DNA of 64,000 nt from Myxococcota bacterium (GTDB taxonomy: Bacteria > Myxococcota_A > SURF-8 > G963663525), in contig CAXXVK010000013.1 in NCBI GenBank assembly GCA_963676915.2, positions 30,609-94,608 of the forward strand, written 5' to 3'. Both the position numbers and the translations under genes were made by a program. Below are positions 37,298-47,327 of the stretch, in pieces (position 1 is the stretch's first letter; every line of letters starts with the position of its first letter). The notes beneath the pieces are model-generated. The model was not told where the DNA came from. It searched no databases and saw nothing but the letters and a program-made list of their open reading frames with translations.

Positions 37298-38323
37298 TTA
37301 ACTGGAAGAACCGTTTTCGGGAGGTTCCCACGCACGATTTCTGAGAGGTGCAAGAGCTTGCAGGCGTTCCAATGTTTTGCGAATGCCGTCTTTCCTGAAA
37401 TGGACGAACAACAGGCCGAAAATCGAGGTAAGAACTACTTGATTGACATTGAGTACCACACTGGCGGCAAAGGCATGGGCTTTGTCCAAATGAAAGATCG
37501 ACAACGCCATTACGACGGCGAATTGGTGCACGCCTACGGCTCCCGGTGTGGCAGGAAGGATCGAACCGAGTGATACGAGCGAAATGGCCATCAAGGCCCA
37601 GGAGTATCCTGCCTCGAAACCCAAAGCACGGAAAATCATGAAATAAAAGGTGGTTTCAAGCGTCCACTGAATGAAGGAAAGCAAAAAAGTAATTGAAAAC
37701 ACAGAAGGTTTCGCTACGGTTCGAATTCCCGTTACAAATGACGATACGATGCCTTGAAGGCGTTGGCTCAACGTATCGGACAACCAGCGAGTCAGCCATC
37801 TGACCGTAGAAACGATCCGATTCGGAGCCAGCGCCAGCAACACGATGATCAGAACTCCTATGGAAAAACCGGAAAGCGCCGTAATTTGGACGCCTTTCAA
37901 AATCGGAGAATCGGTTCCCGACCACGTAAGAGCCAGACTGAGAAACAGGGTGATGACAAGGCCGTCAATCAATCGTTCGAGCACTATAACGGCCAGCATG
38001 GTTGAAAAAGGAGCTTGGGTTTCGACCGAGCTTTGCTGAGCTCGAAAAAATTCTCCCAAACGCGCGGGCAGAAGGCTGTTGATCGTCAGTCCCATAAAAA
38101 CGTAGGGAATCGACAAACGGGGAGGGAAAGGATGAATCGCACCGACGAGGGTTCCCCAACGTATTCCACGAATGCAGTGACTGGCCAGGTATACAGGGAT
38201 AGACGCCAGCCACATGGGGATATCGAGTTGGGTGATGGTTTCGTATGCAAGATCGAAACGGATGTTTTTCATGGCCAGCCACAGAAAAAAGACCATGATC
38301 AGTAGCGGTAAAAGCGCTTTCAT
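37298..38323 (-). CDS. UPF0104 / lysyl-PG synthase TM-region (flippase-like) membrane protein
   Basis: 341 aa with about 8 TM segments. IPVYLASHCIRGIRWGTLV is the characteristic motif region. Confidence 0.6.
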   Translation of the reverse strand: MKALLPLLIMVFFLWLAMKNIRFDLAYETITQLDIPMWLASIPVYLASHCIRGIRWGTLVGAIHPFPPRLSIPYVFMGLTINSLLPARLGEFFRAQQSSVETQAPFSTMLAVIVLERLIDGLVITLFLSLALTWSGTDSPILKGVQITALSGFSIGVLIIVLLALAPNRIVSTVRWLTRWLSDTLSQRLQGIVSSFVTGIRTVAKPSVFSITFLLSFIQWTLETTFYFMIFRALGFEAGYSWALMAISLVSLGSILPATPGAVGVHQFAVVMALSIFHLDKAHAFAASVVLNVNQVVLTSIFGLLFVHFRKDGIRKTLERLQALAPLRNRAWEPPENGSSS

Positions 38324-39077
38324 TCCCCGGCTTTCTTTGAAAAAGATTCCGTGCGTGAAATTCGTAACTTTCGTGAACCGATTCCATCATATTCGCCTCA
38401 TGGGTTGGGTTCAAGGAGAGAATCGACTTTCAGTATGAAAAGGTGGTGAAGTTCCGGATGTATTTCTCTTTTTAAATGATCGAGATCCTTAACAGATAAA
38501 ACGTGTTTCCTGGGCTTTTCTTTAAATGAGAAAACGTTCCGAAACGACGAGATTCATATGTTTCAAAAGTTGAAAAATCGGAAAATTCTGGCAATTTCCA
38601 TGTTTTATGCTCTCTTGAGACAAATGAAACTTGACTTTTGTTTTCAAGATATGGTTTACTTTTATTACCTCGTCGAGGTTGTTCCGTAATTCGCTTTGCC
38701 TTTTGGCTCTCATGGAACGAACCGGTGGCGCGAGGTATAAGTGACAGGATGACGGTTTGCTTTCGAAAAAAATAGAATGGTTCGGGCTTGAAAGCCGGAC
38801 AGCTCAATTGACGGATATAGCCGCTTGGCTACAGTCACTGGTATCTTTTCGTCGGCGTTACGTTTCTGAAACGCCTCAATCTGCCCACATCGTTGCAACT
38901 ACCTGGGAGTACTGCCTTGTTTTATTTAAAAGGCAAGTCTTTACGGTGGTTTGTAGATAGTCTTGAAAAGGAAGAGTCGAACAAAACCATTCCTTACAAA
39001 ACGTCGAAATATGTTGATTGGCCATGGGCATACTTTCGATAGAATCCGAACCATGGCGATGCAAGGAGAGAATTGCA

Positions 39078-39398
39078 ATGAACATTTATGTAGGAAACCT
39101 CAACTACCAGATGACCGACGACGATCTGCGTGCCGCTTTTGAAACGTACGGTGAAGTCGAATCGGCGAAAATCATCGTCGATCGCGACACGGGACGTTCG
39201 AAAGGCTTTGGCTTCGTAGAAATGCCCGATCGTGATGCCGCTATGGCCGCCATCGAGGCGATGGACGGCAACGATCTGCAAGGTCGCAACGTCAAAGTCA
39301 ACGAAGCTCGTCCTCGCCCGCAACGCAACAGCCGTGGCGGCGGCGGTGGATACGGCGGAGGCGGCGGATACGGTGGAGGCGGCCGCAACCGCTACTGA
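39078..39398 (+). CDS. RRM-type RNA-binding protein with Gly-rich tail
   Basis: RNP2 IYVGNL, RNP1 KGFGFVEM and a C-terminal GGGGGYGGGGGYGGGG. AAGGAGAG RBS. Confidence 0.85.
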   Translation: MNIYVGNLNYQMTDDDLRAAFETYGEVESAKIIVDRDTGRSKGFGFVEMPDRDAAMAAIEAMDGNDLQGRNVKVNEARPRPQRNSRGGGGGYGGGGGYGGGGRNRY

Positions 39399-39425
39399 TC
39401 GCCAACGAGCGATGTGAGTTTTCAG

Positions 39426-39455
39426 CCGGAGGATGGCCTATCCTCCGGTTTTTTT
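39426..39455 (+). terminator. Rho-independent terminator
   Basis: CCGGAGGAT-GGCCT-ATCCTCCGG followed by T7. Confidence 0.85.
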
Positions 39456-39465
39456 CGTGCTTTTT

Positions 39466-42324
39466 TTATGCTTTGATATGCGCGAGTGCTTGTTGTGCTC
39501 GGGAAGCTACGTCGGCGTTTTTATCTTTCGCGGCACGTTTCAATAGCGCAATCGTTTCTTTACGATTTCCCAACGTTCCCAGTGCAACGCACAGGTTGGA
39601 TTTGATTTTTTGAACGGTTTCGTCCGAGGATTTCACAAAGATTCCCGACCATTTCGTTTTATACATGGCGGCCAGTCGGCGAGATATACTCAACTCGAAA
39701 TGAGTACGCATGCCTTCATCGATATTCTCCAGGCGTGAAATCGCTTGTAGCGTTTTTACGAGGATGTCGGTGTCGTCTTTGTCGCTTTGCTCGTCCAGCA
39801 CTGAGAGATAGTAGCGCAACAGCTCCGTTTTTGAACTTTTGGCTTTGGCAAGGTAGTTTAGCGCCGTCATTTTCACGGTCTTATCTTCGTCGTTCAAGGC
39901 GTCGATAGAATCGTTTTCGCAAAACTGCGGTTCGATGGCTATCATGGCTTTCAACGCTTCCCTACGAACGATAGCATTTGAATGGTTCAGCAGGGACCGA
40001 ATGCGGTTGAACGATTCGTTTTTTCCTGTTTTTGATAAAATCACCAGGCAATTGCGTAAAAAGTACCAACTGTTTTCCTTGTTGGACAATTCACTGTGAA
40101 GAAATGGGATCGCGATGGAGCCGATTTCCACCAGGGAATCGACGAGCAGCTTTCGAACCCAACGGTTATCGTGGTTGTTTAGTACATCCAACAGCCACGG
40201 AACGGCGTACTCTTTCAAGGAAACGAGCAAGGCCGCAATGGAACGGCAGCGATCACGGTTTTGGGGATCGAAACCGTTACGTAATTGCGCAAGTACGGCT
40301 TTTCCGGCTAAATATTCGAACAATTTCCTTGTGTTATCCTGTGTGAAGGTATTGCCCGTTTCCATGTGTCGTTGGGCAATATCCACGATACGATGAATGA
40401 GGTCGTATTCTCCTTCACGGTAAAGATGCGGAATCATGCGGCGCAAAAAGCGAACTTCTTCGAGTAGTTCGAAATCTTCCGATGGGTTGTCGAATTTAGC
40501 CAAATGTTTGTCAGGTTGGACGATAAAGGCTTCGGCTCTTTTCAGATCCTTGACGCCTTCTTGCAGGCGCAGGGGCAAGACATCGAAAAGAACCAGTTTT
40601 TCGTTGAACAGCAACTCCAGGGTGGCGTCGGCTTCCGGGTTTTCCTGTTTGCCCAGTCTTTGGACCAGGTGTTCCAGAATACCGGTCATTGCGTTCTTTT
40701 CCCTGTGGAGAGCTTGTTTTCGACTGGTTCTTTGCTCTTTATCCAACTGTTCGTCGAGCGTATGGGAACGATCGATCAGTTTGTGGGAAAAGGATGTCAG
40801 AATTTCGGGATCGATGGAATCCACCAAACCACGTTCCACGTCCCGTTCCTCGAAGCCCATCTTTTCTTTCAATTCTTGCATCACGAGATCGGCGTTGAGC
40901 AGCACCGCCAGGAGAAACGAAGGATTGCTCAATGGATACAAAGTATCTTTGAAAATCTGAAGCTTGATTTGCTGGAGTTCCTCCTCCGTTGCCTGACGCA
41001 ACAGCGGAATGACTTTCAAGTCTTTTCGCAGTCTGGAGAGAGTCAATTCGGCCTGCCAGGGAAGGTTCCGGTTGGAGGCAATGAATTCCTCGTCGAAAAT
41101 GACTTTGACTTCATAGATTTCGTTTTCGTTCAGCATCCTGCTGAACTGCTCTCCTTCCTGAAGTGCATTGGCCTGGTTGGGATTGTATTCGCTTAAAAGG
41201 TCGATGAAGCGGTCGAATTTGGCTTCGTTGATGGTACGTTTGATCGAAAACGACAACAAACAGCGGCGGTTGAGGTATTCGAGAAATTTCGGCATATACA
41301 TTTCGATCGCGCCCAGCGGCATCGTTTCGCGGGCGGAAATCATTTGTTTCGTCAAGCCTTCGATCAACAAATCCTCGCTTTGGGATTGTCCTCGGCGAAC
41401 GAAACTGATGCTCATGCGGTTTTGCAGCATTTTACGGAAAAAAGCATACAATCCACGACGAGCCTTACGTGTTTCAGGGTGTTTGGGATCTGCATAATAC
41501 CCGGAACGCTGAACGGCTTTTGTGAAGAAAATCAGGAAGGCAAGAATATTTTGTCGTGCTTCGGTAGCATTTTCAAAATCGGAAAAGTTGCTTGAGGTAT
41601 CTGGAGTTAGCGCAAGTGCCTTGGCTTCGTCGGGTAGCGCGACGTCTGCCAGCTTTTCATCGCTGGGAGCATTTCGCGCCAGCAAGGCACGAATCATGGT
41701 CTGCTGTTCGGAAAATGATTGCGACTCCGCCGCTTGCGGGGCGGAAAGAACCGTTCGGGTATCCTCAGGCGGTGTGGGAAGGTCGAAATCCTCGGTGCGA
41801 AATGTTTTTGCCGCTGTCGGTGGAGAAGAATCCAGAACAGGGTGCGACGACTCAATAGACAATTCGGAGGAAGGTGGATCATAAAGCTTTGCAATGTCTT
41901 TGGATAGCTCTAGACTGAAAACGCTTTCCTCGTTTATCGCTGTAAAATCGTCCGGGATACTGGCATAGCGATGGCTGATAATCACTTGCTTGATCGTACC
42001 GATTTGTTCGGTTGTCAGCAAATCGAGATGAAAGAGAGAAAATGCGTGCGATTTTCCTGGGGTGGAGATTACGGATCCTATTCTGGCGCAGGTCTCGAAA
42101 TCCTTCCCATTGGGAAGCACGAAATGGAGGTGTTTCCATTGCCCCGTCTTTGCTTGAGGGCTGGTCGGAATGACGAAAGTATGGTGGTCCAGATACCGGA
42201 TTTTGAGAGTTTCCAGCTCTTCGATGGTTTGGATAACGATCGTAAAAACCGGCTCGCTGTACCAGTTGGAACGTTCGGATATCGGACCGTAAAATATCAT
42301 CGTACCCATTACCTTCCAGTGCAC
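39466..42324 (-). CDS. Large HEAT/ARM-repeat protein, unknown function
   Basis: 952-aa ORF. The C-terminal third has HEAT-like repeats (NHDNRWVRKLLVDSLVEIG, NHSNAIVRREALKAMIAI, DKNADVASRAQQAL). The N-terminal domain was not recognised. Confidence 0.55.
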   Translation of the reverse strand: MHWKVMGTMIFYGPISERSNWYSEPVFTIVIQTIEELETLKIRYLDHHTFVIPTSPQAKTGQWKHLHFVLPNGKDFETCARIGSVISTPGKSHAFSLFHLDLLTTEQIGTIKQVIISHRYASIPDDFTAINEESVFSLELSKDIAKLYDPPSSELSIESSHPVLDSSPPTAAKTFRTEDFDLPTPPEDTRTVLSAPQAAESQSFSEQQTMIRALLARNAPSDEKLADVALPDEAKALALTPDTSSNFSDFENATEARQNILAFLIFFTKAVQRSGYYADPKHPETRKARRGLYAFFRKMLQNRMSISFVRRGQSQSEDLLIEGLTKQMISARETMPLGAIEMYMPKFLEYLNRRCLLSFSIKRTINEAKFDRFIDLLSEYNPNQANALQEGEQFSRMLNENEIYEVKVIFDEEFIASNRNLPWQAELTLSRLRKDLKVIPLLRQATEEELQQIKLQIFKDTLYPLSNPSFLLAVLLNADLVMQELKEKMGFEERDVERGLVDSIDPEILTSFSHKLIDRSHTLDEQLDKEQRTSRKQALHREKNAMTGILEHLVQRLGKQENPEADATLELLFNEKLVLFDVLPLRLQEGVKDLKRAEAFIVQPDKHLAKFDNPSEDFELLEEVRFLRRMIPHLYREGEYDLIHRIVDIAQRHMETGNTFTQDNTRKLFEYLAGKAVLAQLRNGFDPQNRDRCRSIAALLVSLKEYAVPWLLDVLNNHDNRWVRKLLVDSLVEIGSIAIPFLHSELSNKENSWYFLRNCLVILSKTGKNESFNRIRSLLNHSNAIVRREALKAMIAIEPQFCENDSIDALNDEDKTVKMTALNYLAKAKSSKTELLRYYLSVLDEQSDKDDTDILVKTLQAISRLENIDEGMRTHFELSISRRLAAMYKTKWSGIFVKSSDETVQKIKSNLCVALGTLGNRKETIALLKRAAKDKNADVASRAQQALAHIKA

Positions 42325-42516
42325 CCACGGAGAGACACCCCCCTTGTGGATTTCTGGAAATTGCCGAGAAAACGACCGCCTTGGTGTACTTTCGCCTTGT
42401 CTTCAATCAATACTCGGTCGCCAATTCTTAAATATAAACGAAATGGAGAACTTGCACAACTAGAGAACGCTACGAAAAATCTTCTGTTTTCATCAAAATA
42501 CGTTGCTAGCCTGCAT

Positions 42517-42693
42517 AATTCATGAAGTATCACTGCGACTTGAAAATCCTCGATCTTTCACTTGTTTCCCGATTTTCATCCTCCACAGACTGAAAAGGTT
42601 GCCTGCGGGTGAAAAACGCTCTAACTTTGAGAAAAGACTACGGTTTTCGGCCTATCGCTACGATTCTCATGAATTATACGGGCTAGGGAATCG
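42517..42693. repeat. Intergenic element 'family 2', copy B
   Basis: Aligns with 28320-28496. Its right end overlaps the stop codon (42683-42685) of the upstream minus-strand gene. Confidence 0.7.
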
Positions 42694-44767
42694 TGCGAAA
42701 ATCGAGATTTTCCAGTGTTTTCCTTAGTTTCTCGGTATTCACCAATTTTATGATTAACGAATCTGCTCGTTTTATTCGTGAATCCACTTCAGGAAAATCT
42801 TTTTCGTCACACAATTCCGAAAAATAGGAGCCGTAATAACCGAGTTCCAATTGCAGATCTTTTCCTTGAGTGCTGAAACAGAAAACAAGGTGCGTTACAT
42901 TTCTTCGGATGAAGATTTCCAACGCGGTTTTTCGATCGTAAGCATGGATGCCGTAGGCGCTGTTGTAGCTGTTTTCCGATGGAAGTATCAGGATTTCAGG
43001 GGTATCGGGAAATGCCAATATTTGGCTGCCGTACAGGTTCACCGCCACGGTTTCGTTTTTGGGAATATTTTTGCGTACCCACGCTATTGTTTCCTCAGAA
43101 ACCGTGCCGTCGAGCCTGGGAACACCTTTGGTTACGTTATGAACGCCCAAAATGAAAAAGGCTACGGCACAGAGAAAGATTAACCAGTCCAAGAAGTTTT
43201 GCACAGTATGTTCATCGACAACATTGTTGAAGAGGATCACCAACCGTTCTGGAAGTGTTTTTAATGCAAAAGTGAAAGATATTATAAGAAACGGTAGTAC
43301 AGGCAAAACAAAGCGGTTGCATACTTCGTCCAGTCTTGTACTGGAGGCGGAGAAGGAAAACATCAGGAAATAGGCTAAAGGAAAAAGTGTCAATATGAAC
43401 GAGACAAAGGTGCGTCTGCTGATGAACAGAAGCAGAAGATACAAGAAAGCACTTCCCCAATGTCCTAGAGACAGGTTCAATGCCGAATTCGTAGTGTTCA
43501 CAAGTGCTGCAAAAGCCGAAAGGAAAGTGTCCCCCGGTTGTCCTTCCAGGGAATGACCGAGCATGGTTCCTGCAAAAAGGAGATTGCGCAAAGGCAGCAC
43601 AAAACCCAAAAGGGCAATGGTCGTTCCTACAAGAAGGATAGACGATCTCTTTTCGGAATCCCTGTAAAATGCAGATGCAAGCAATAATGCAGCGAAAAAT
43701 ACGTTTATAACGCCGATATACTTTATCCAAAAGGGTAATACGATGCCTATACCAAGGAGTACGGATTGAATACGTCCGGGGCTTTGTCCTTTAGGTAAAG
43801 AAAATACTGTAAAAGCACTGTAAAAGGAAAGAATAGCGAAAAACGTCAACAACATGTCGCCCATGTTTACGACGTGAGAAAATGTCAAAACCGCCGGGAA
43901 CGTAATTAGAAGCCACACGCCGAAAAAACCTGGTAAAGTTCCGGATATCTTTTTAGCAAAGGCATAGGTCAGTGTACTGGTGCCGGAGAAAGCCAACAAC
44001 GAGACAGCCCACCCTGCGATGTACGTTTTAAATCCGATGAGAGAAAAGAAGGCGATGAGCAGGGGATATCCAGGAGGACGTTGGAAATTTCCGCCGAGAC
44101 CGTTTCCGTCCAGTATCTGTAGTGCTTGCCCCAGGTAACCCCAGGATGCCTTGCTCATGGATGGCAGCCCTCGGGTCGCAAGTAGTGCTAAAACCAACGA
44201 AACTCCGAAAACGATTGCCAATTCCCAACGAAAGTGCTTTTTCGAGTCGTTTCGTAAGAAAGTCACCAAAGATGGTACGCATGATGCCAGTGTATGCATC
44301 GCATTGTTGACGGAGCGTATATTGACAAGACTGTTGAACAGAAGAAACAGGAAAAGAATCGGAAACAGATTTTGTAGAAACCAAAGAAGTAAAACATTGG
44401 AAACATATGTTCTTAGGACGATCAAAGAGACTGTGCCGACAACCAGGACCAAAGAACCGGAAAGAAAATGTTTTTGTAGAAAATTTCCCAAAGGACGTCG
44501 CTTGATGGCAAAAACAAGGCAGACCATCACTAAAAGGAAGAAGGTAACGAGAGTGATGTCAGTACCGAAATCGCTTGTCGTTCCATCTTCTGAAAAAATC
44601 CGGAGGAGAGTAAATACAACGTTTTCGGCACTCGAAGCGAGAAATATTGCAAGTGTTCCAACGGCCAACAAACCGGTTGCTTCCGGTTGATTGAAAACCT
44701 TCTCACCGAAAAATTGCACTACTTTACCAAGTTTTCCATCCATGCTGTGGGAGGAATCATCCTTCAT
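42683..44767 (-). CDS. Polytopic membrane protein, GT-C (ArnT/PMT, GT39-like) glycosyltransferase candidate
   Basis: 694 aa with more than 12 hydrophobic segments, a QRPPGYPLLIAFF loop motif and a soluble C-terminal domain. Confidence 0.45.
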   Translation of the reverse strand: MKDDSSHSMDGKLGKVVQFFGEKVFNQPEATGLLAVGTLAIFLASSAENVVFTLLRIFSEDGTTSDFGTDITLVTFFLLVMVCLVFAIKRRPLGNFLQKHFLSGSLVLVVGTVSLIVLRTYVSNVLLLWFLQNLFPILFLFLLFNSLVNIRSVNNAMHTLASCVPSLVTFLRNDSKKHFRWELAIVFGVSLVLALLATRGLPSMSKASWGYLGQALQILDGNGLGGNFQRPPGYPLLIAFFSLIGFKTYIAGWAVSLLAFSGTSTLTYAFAKKISGTLPGFFGVWLLITFPAVLTFSHVVNMGDMLLTFFAILSFYSAFTVFSLPKGQSPGRIQSVLLGIGIVLPFWIKYIGVINVFFAALLLASAFYRDSEKRSSILLVGTTIALLGFVLPLRNLLFAGTMLGHSLEGQPGDTFLSAFAALVNTTNSALNLSLGHWGSAFLYLLLLFISRRTFVSFILTLFPLAYFLMFSFSASSTRLDEVCNRFVLPVLPFLIISFTFALKTLPERLVILFNNVVDEHTVQNFLDWLIFLCAVAFFILGVHNVTKGVPRLDGTVSEETIAWVRKNIPKNETVAVNLYGSQILAFPDTPEILILPSENSYNSAYGIHAYDRKTALEIFIRRNVTHLVFCFSTQGKDLQLELGYYGSYFSELCDEKDFPEVDSRIKRADSLIIKLVNTEKLRKTLENLDFRTIP

Positions 44768-44813
44768 CGGTTTCGAACTTCCCCCTCCTTTTGAGGCAAA
44801 GATTCAAGATCAA

Positions 44814-44970
44814 CTAGAAGCCGTCCTAAAAATACACTCCTGTCGCCTTTCAGTCGATTTCGTCGCCGGTCTCGACGTGAAAGACTCCCGGTATTCCGCG
44901 TCTCGCCAACGACGAATTCGTCTCGAAATCACCTCGAATTCCTCGGTCGGTATTTTTGGATGACTTCTAG
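44814..44970 (-). repeat. Palindromic intergenic element 'family 1', full-length copy B
   Basis: TIRs are CTAGAAGCCGTCCTAAAAATAC / GTATTTTTGGATGACTTCTAG. It is collinear with 25081-25248 and lies 47 nt upstream of the 44767 start codon in the same orientation. Confidence 0.75.
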
Positions 44971-45165
44971 ACAAATGAATTTCATATCTTTTTATCCGTT
45001 TTTGGGTTGTTTTTCGAGGAATTCCCTTTCATTTCCATTATGCGTTAGGTGGAATAAATCGGAAATTTGGGTTGAATGGTTGCTAACCTGTTGAAATGAC
45101 GTAGCTTTTAAAGAAAAGCCAATGGTGATATTTATGGCAGGAAAAACCATTTCATGGGTACGGAC

Positions 45166-45194
45166 TTGACACTTCTGGGGGGGAGGTCTATGAT
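45166..45194 (+). promoter_or_regulatory. Sigma70-like promoter TTGACA-17 nt-TATGAT
   Basis: Consensus -35 at 45166-45171, a 17-nt spacer, and -10 at 45189-45194. The riboswitch P1 starts ~14 nt downstream. Confidence 0.65.
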
Positions 45195-45204
45195 TTGACT
45201 GTTT

Positions 45205-45354
45205 CGTGTTACGGAAAGGGAAGTCTGGTGAAAATCCAGCGCGGTCCCGCCGCCGTAAGTGAGGACGAAACCAGCGTATAAGCCACTGGAACGATGTTCT
45301 GGGAAGGTGCTGGGAGTAGGATGAATCGCGAGTCGGAAAACCTGCCGTAACGTG
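45205..45354 (+). promoter_or_regulatory. Cobalamin (B12) riboswitch aptamer
   Basis: P1 GTTACGG/CCGTAAC, AAAGGGAA, GGTGAAAATCC, GCGGTCCCGCCGCCGTAA, GCCACTGG..CTGGGAAGG and the B12 box GAGTCGGAAAACCTGCC appear in the canonical order and spacing. Confidence 0.9.
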
Positions 45355-45566
45355 TCCCGAGAATGTGTTTCTTCCCGAGGAGGGAGAGCGATTGTCGCCC
45401 AATAGCACAAAACTGACTCGCTTCGAACCGTATTGCAGATAGAACTGTCATCCGAAGGAACCGGTACATTTTCGGGCTAAATTTTTCGTGTGTTCGGTTT
45501 GTAGAAGCTTTTGCGTTCTGCTTGGTGAGTTGTACATTTTTCTGATTTCTAATGAGGAGGTTCCTT

Positions 45567-47327
45567 ATGATGGCGTCACGCTTTTTCACCAGTTTTGCCG
45601 TTCTTGTGTTTCTCTCGTTTGTACTTGCCGGTTGCGGGGGTGATGATGAAGAAACCACCACAAATCTCTGCGAGAACGTAGATTGCTACGACAACGCCAC
45701 TTGCGACACAACAGACGGCTCCTGTGTCTGTGATGACGGATATGAGAACTGGGTGGATGGCACGGGCTGCACTGAAATCGTCACGGATCTTTGCGAAAAC
45801 GTAGATTGCTACGCCAACGCCACTTGCAACACAACAGACGGCTCCTGCGTCTGTGAGGTTGGCTACGAAAACTGGGTGGACGGCACCGGCTGCTCGGAAA
45901 TCGTGACGGATCTCTGCGAAAACGTAGACTGCTACGACAACGCCACTTGCGACACAACGGACGGCTCCTGCGTCTGTGATGACGGATATGAGAACTGGGT
46001 GGATGGCGCGGGCTGCACTGAAATCGTGACGGATCTCTGCGAAAACGTAGACTGCTACGACAACGCCACTTGCGACACAACAGACGGCTCCTGTGTCTGT
46101 GATGACGGATATGAGAACTGGGTGGATGGCGCGGGCTGCACTGAAATCGTCACGGATCTTTGCGAAAACGTAGATTGTTACGCCAACGCCACTTGCGACA
46201 CAACGGATGGCTCCTGCGTTTGTGATGACGGTTACGAAAACTGGGTGGACGGCACGGGCTGTACCGCGATTGAAGACCTGGAAGTCATTGGGGAATTTAT
46301 CGATGATTGGGATACCCGTCATACTGTCGCCAATGATCTGTGGACGATGGGCGAGGGCGACGGCGCGAGCTTGTTCCACATTTCGCAGTATGACAACGAC
46401 GCGATGTGGTTGGTAGCACAGAATGACTCGAACAATGCCTGGAGTGCGGACCTTTGGAGTCGCTTCGACTGGACGTGGTACGAAGGTGAGTTGTGGTACT
46501 GCCAGACGGCTTATGGTGCGGCTACGGAAACGGATGCTGTTGCGACGGCGGCTGCGGATGCAACGGACCCTGCGACGACGGGTTGTGGAAACTACCCTTG
46601 GACGAAGTTGATGCCTTGGCCTGTGCTGGCGTTGGTGGGCGAGTACATCGACAACTGGGATACCCGCAACACGGTGGAATACAATGCGTGGACGATGGGC
46701 GAGGGTGACGGCGCGAGCTTGTTCCACATTTCGCAGTATGACAACGACGCGATGTGGTTGGTAGCACAGAATGACTCGAACAATGCCTGGAGTGCGGACC
46801 TTTGGAGTCGCTTCGACTGGACGTGGTACGAAGGTGAGTTGTGGTACTGCCAGACGGCTTATGGTGCGGCTACGGAAACGGATGCTGTTGCGACGGCGGC
46901 TGCGGATGCAACGGACCCTGCGACGACAGGTTGTGGAAACTACCCTTGGACGAAGTTGATGCCTTGGCCTGTGCTGGCGATTGTGGGAGACTACACAGAC
47001 AACTATGGATATGCTCATTCCATCACCTACGACACGTGGACGATGGCCATGGGTGCCACACCGAGCAATTTTGATATCACGCAGTACGACAATGAAGAAA
47101 TGTGGGCGGTGGCACAGAATTACGCCGACAATCCTTGGAGTGCAGGACTTTGGAGCCGTTTCGACTGGACGTGGCACGAAGGCGAGTTGTGGTACTGCCA
47201 GACGAACTATGGAGCGGCGACGGAAGCCGATGCTTTGGCGACAGCGCCGGCGGATGCTACGGACCCCACCACAACGGGGTGTGGTGGGGCCTATCCTTGG
47301 TCGAAACTTACTGAAATGGAAGACTAA
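45567..47327 (+). CDS. Riboswitch-controlled repeat lipoprotein (5 EGF-like Cys repeats + 3 Trp-rich 116-aa modules), unknown function
   Basis: GAGGAGG RBS 6 nt before ATG 45567 and the signal FAVLVFLSFVLAGC (lipobox). Five copies of LCENVDCYxNATCDTTDGSCVCDDGYENWVDGxGC are followed by three copies of a module with WTMGEGDGASLFHISQYDNDAMW..FDWTWYEGELWYCQ. Confidence 0.85.
   Translation: MMASRFFTSFAVLVFLSFVLAGCGGDDEETTTNLCENVDCYDNATCDTTDGSCVCDDGYENWVDGTGCTEIVTDLCENVDCYANATCNTTDGSCVCEVGYENWVDGTGCSEIVTDLCENVDCYDNATCDTTDGSCVCDDGYENWVDGAGCTEIVTDLCENVDCYDNATCDTTDGSCVCDDGYENWVDGAGCTEIVTDLCENVDCYANATCDTTDGSCVCDDGYENWVDGTGCTAIEDLEVIGEFIDDWDTRHTVANDLWTMGEGDGASLFHISQYDNDAMWLVAQNDSNNAWSADLWSRFDWTWYEGELWYCQTAYGAATETDAVATAAADATDPATTGCGNYPWTKLMPWPVLALVGEYIDNWDTRNTVEYNAWTMGEGDGASLFHISQYDNDAMWLVAQNDSNNAWSADLWSRFDWTWYEGELWYCQTAYGAATETDAVATAAADATDPATTGCGNYPWTKLMPWPVLAIVGDYTDNYGYAHSITYDTWTMAMGATPSNFDITQYDNEEMWAVAQNYADNPWSAGLWSRFDWTWHEGELWYCQTNYGAATEADALATAPADATDPTTTGCGGAYPWSKLTEMED
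45666..46280 (+). repeat. Five in-frame tandem 123-bp (41-aa) repeats
   Basis: CT(C/T)TGCGA(G/A)AACGTAGA recurs at 45666, 45789, 45912, 46035 and 46158. Confidence 0.9.
46281..47324 (+). repeat. Three in-frame tandem 348-bp (116-aa) repeats; units 1 and 2 are nearly identical in DNA
   Basis: Off-frame ORFs 46423-46611 and 46771-46959 translate almost identically, giving a period of 348 bp. The third unit is diverged. Confidence 0.9.

Noticed and set aside
38472-38807. 111-aa minus-strand ORF in the AT-rich gap
   Set aside because: It has no RBS, no motif and a low-complexity translation, and it lies in a region whose composition differs from coding DNA here. It is kept only as part of the intergenic-gap finding.
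45666-46280. Regularly spaced direct repeats that could be mistaken for a CRISPR array
   Set aside because: The repeats are contiguous 123-bp units with no spacers. They are in frame inside a CDS encoding 41-aa Cys repeats, and there are no cas genes.
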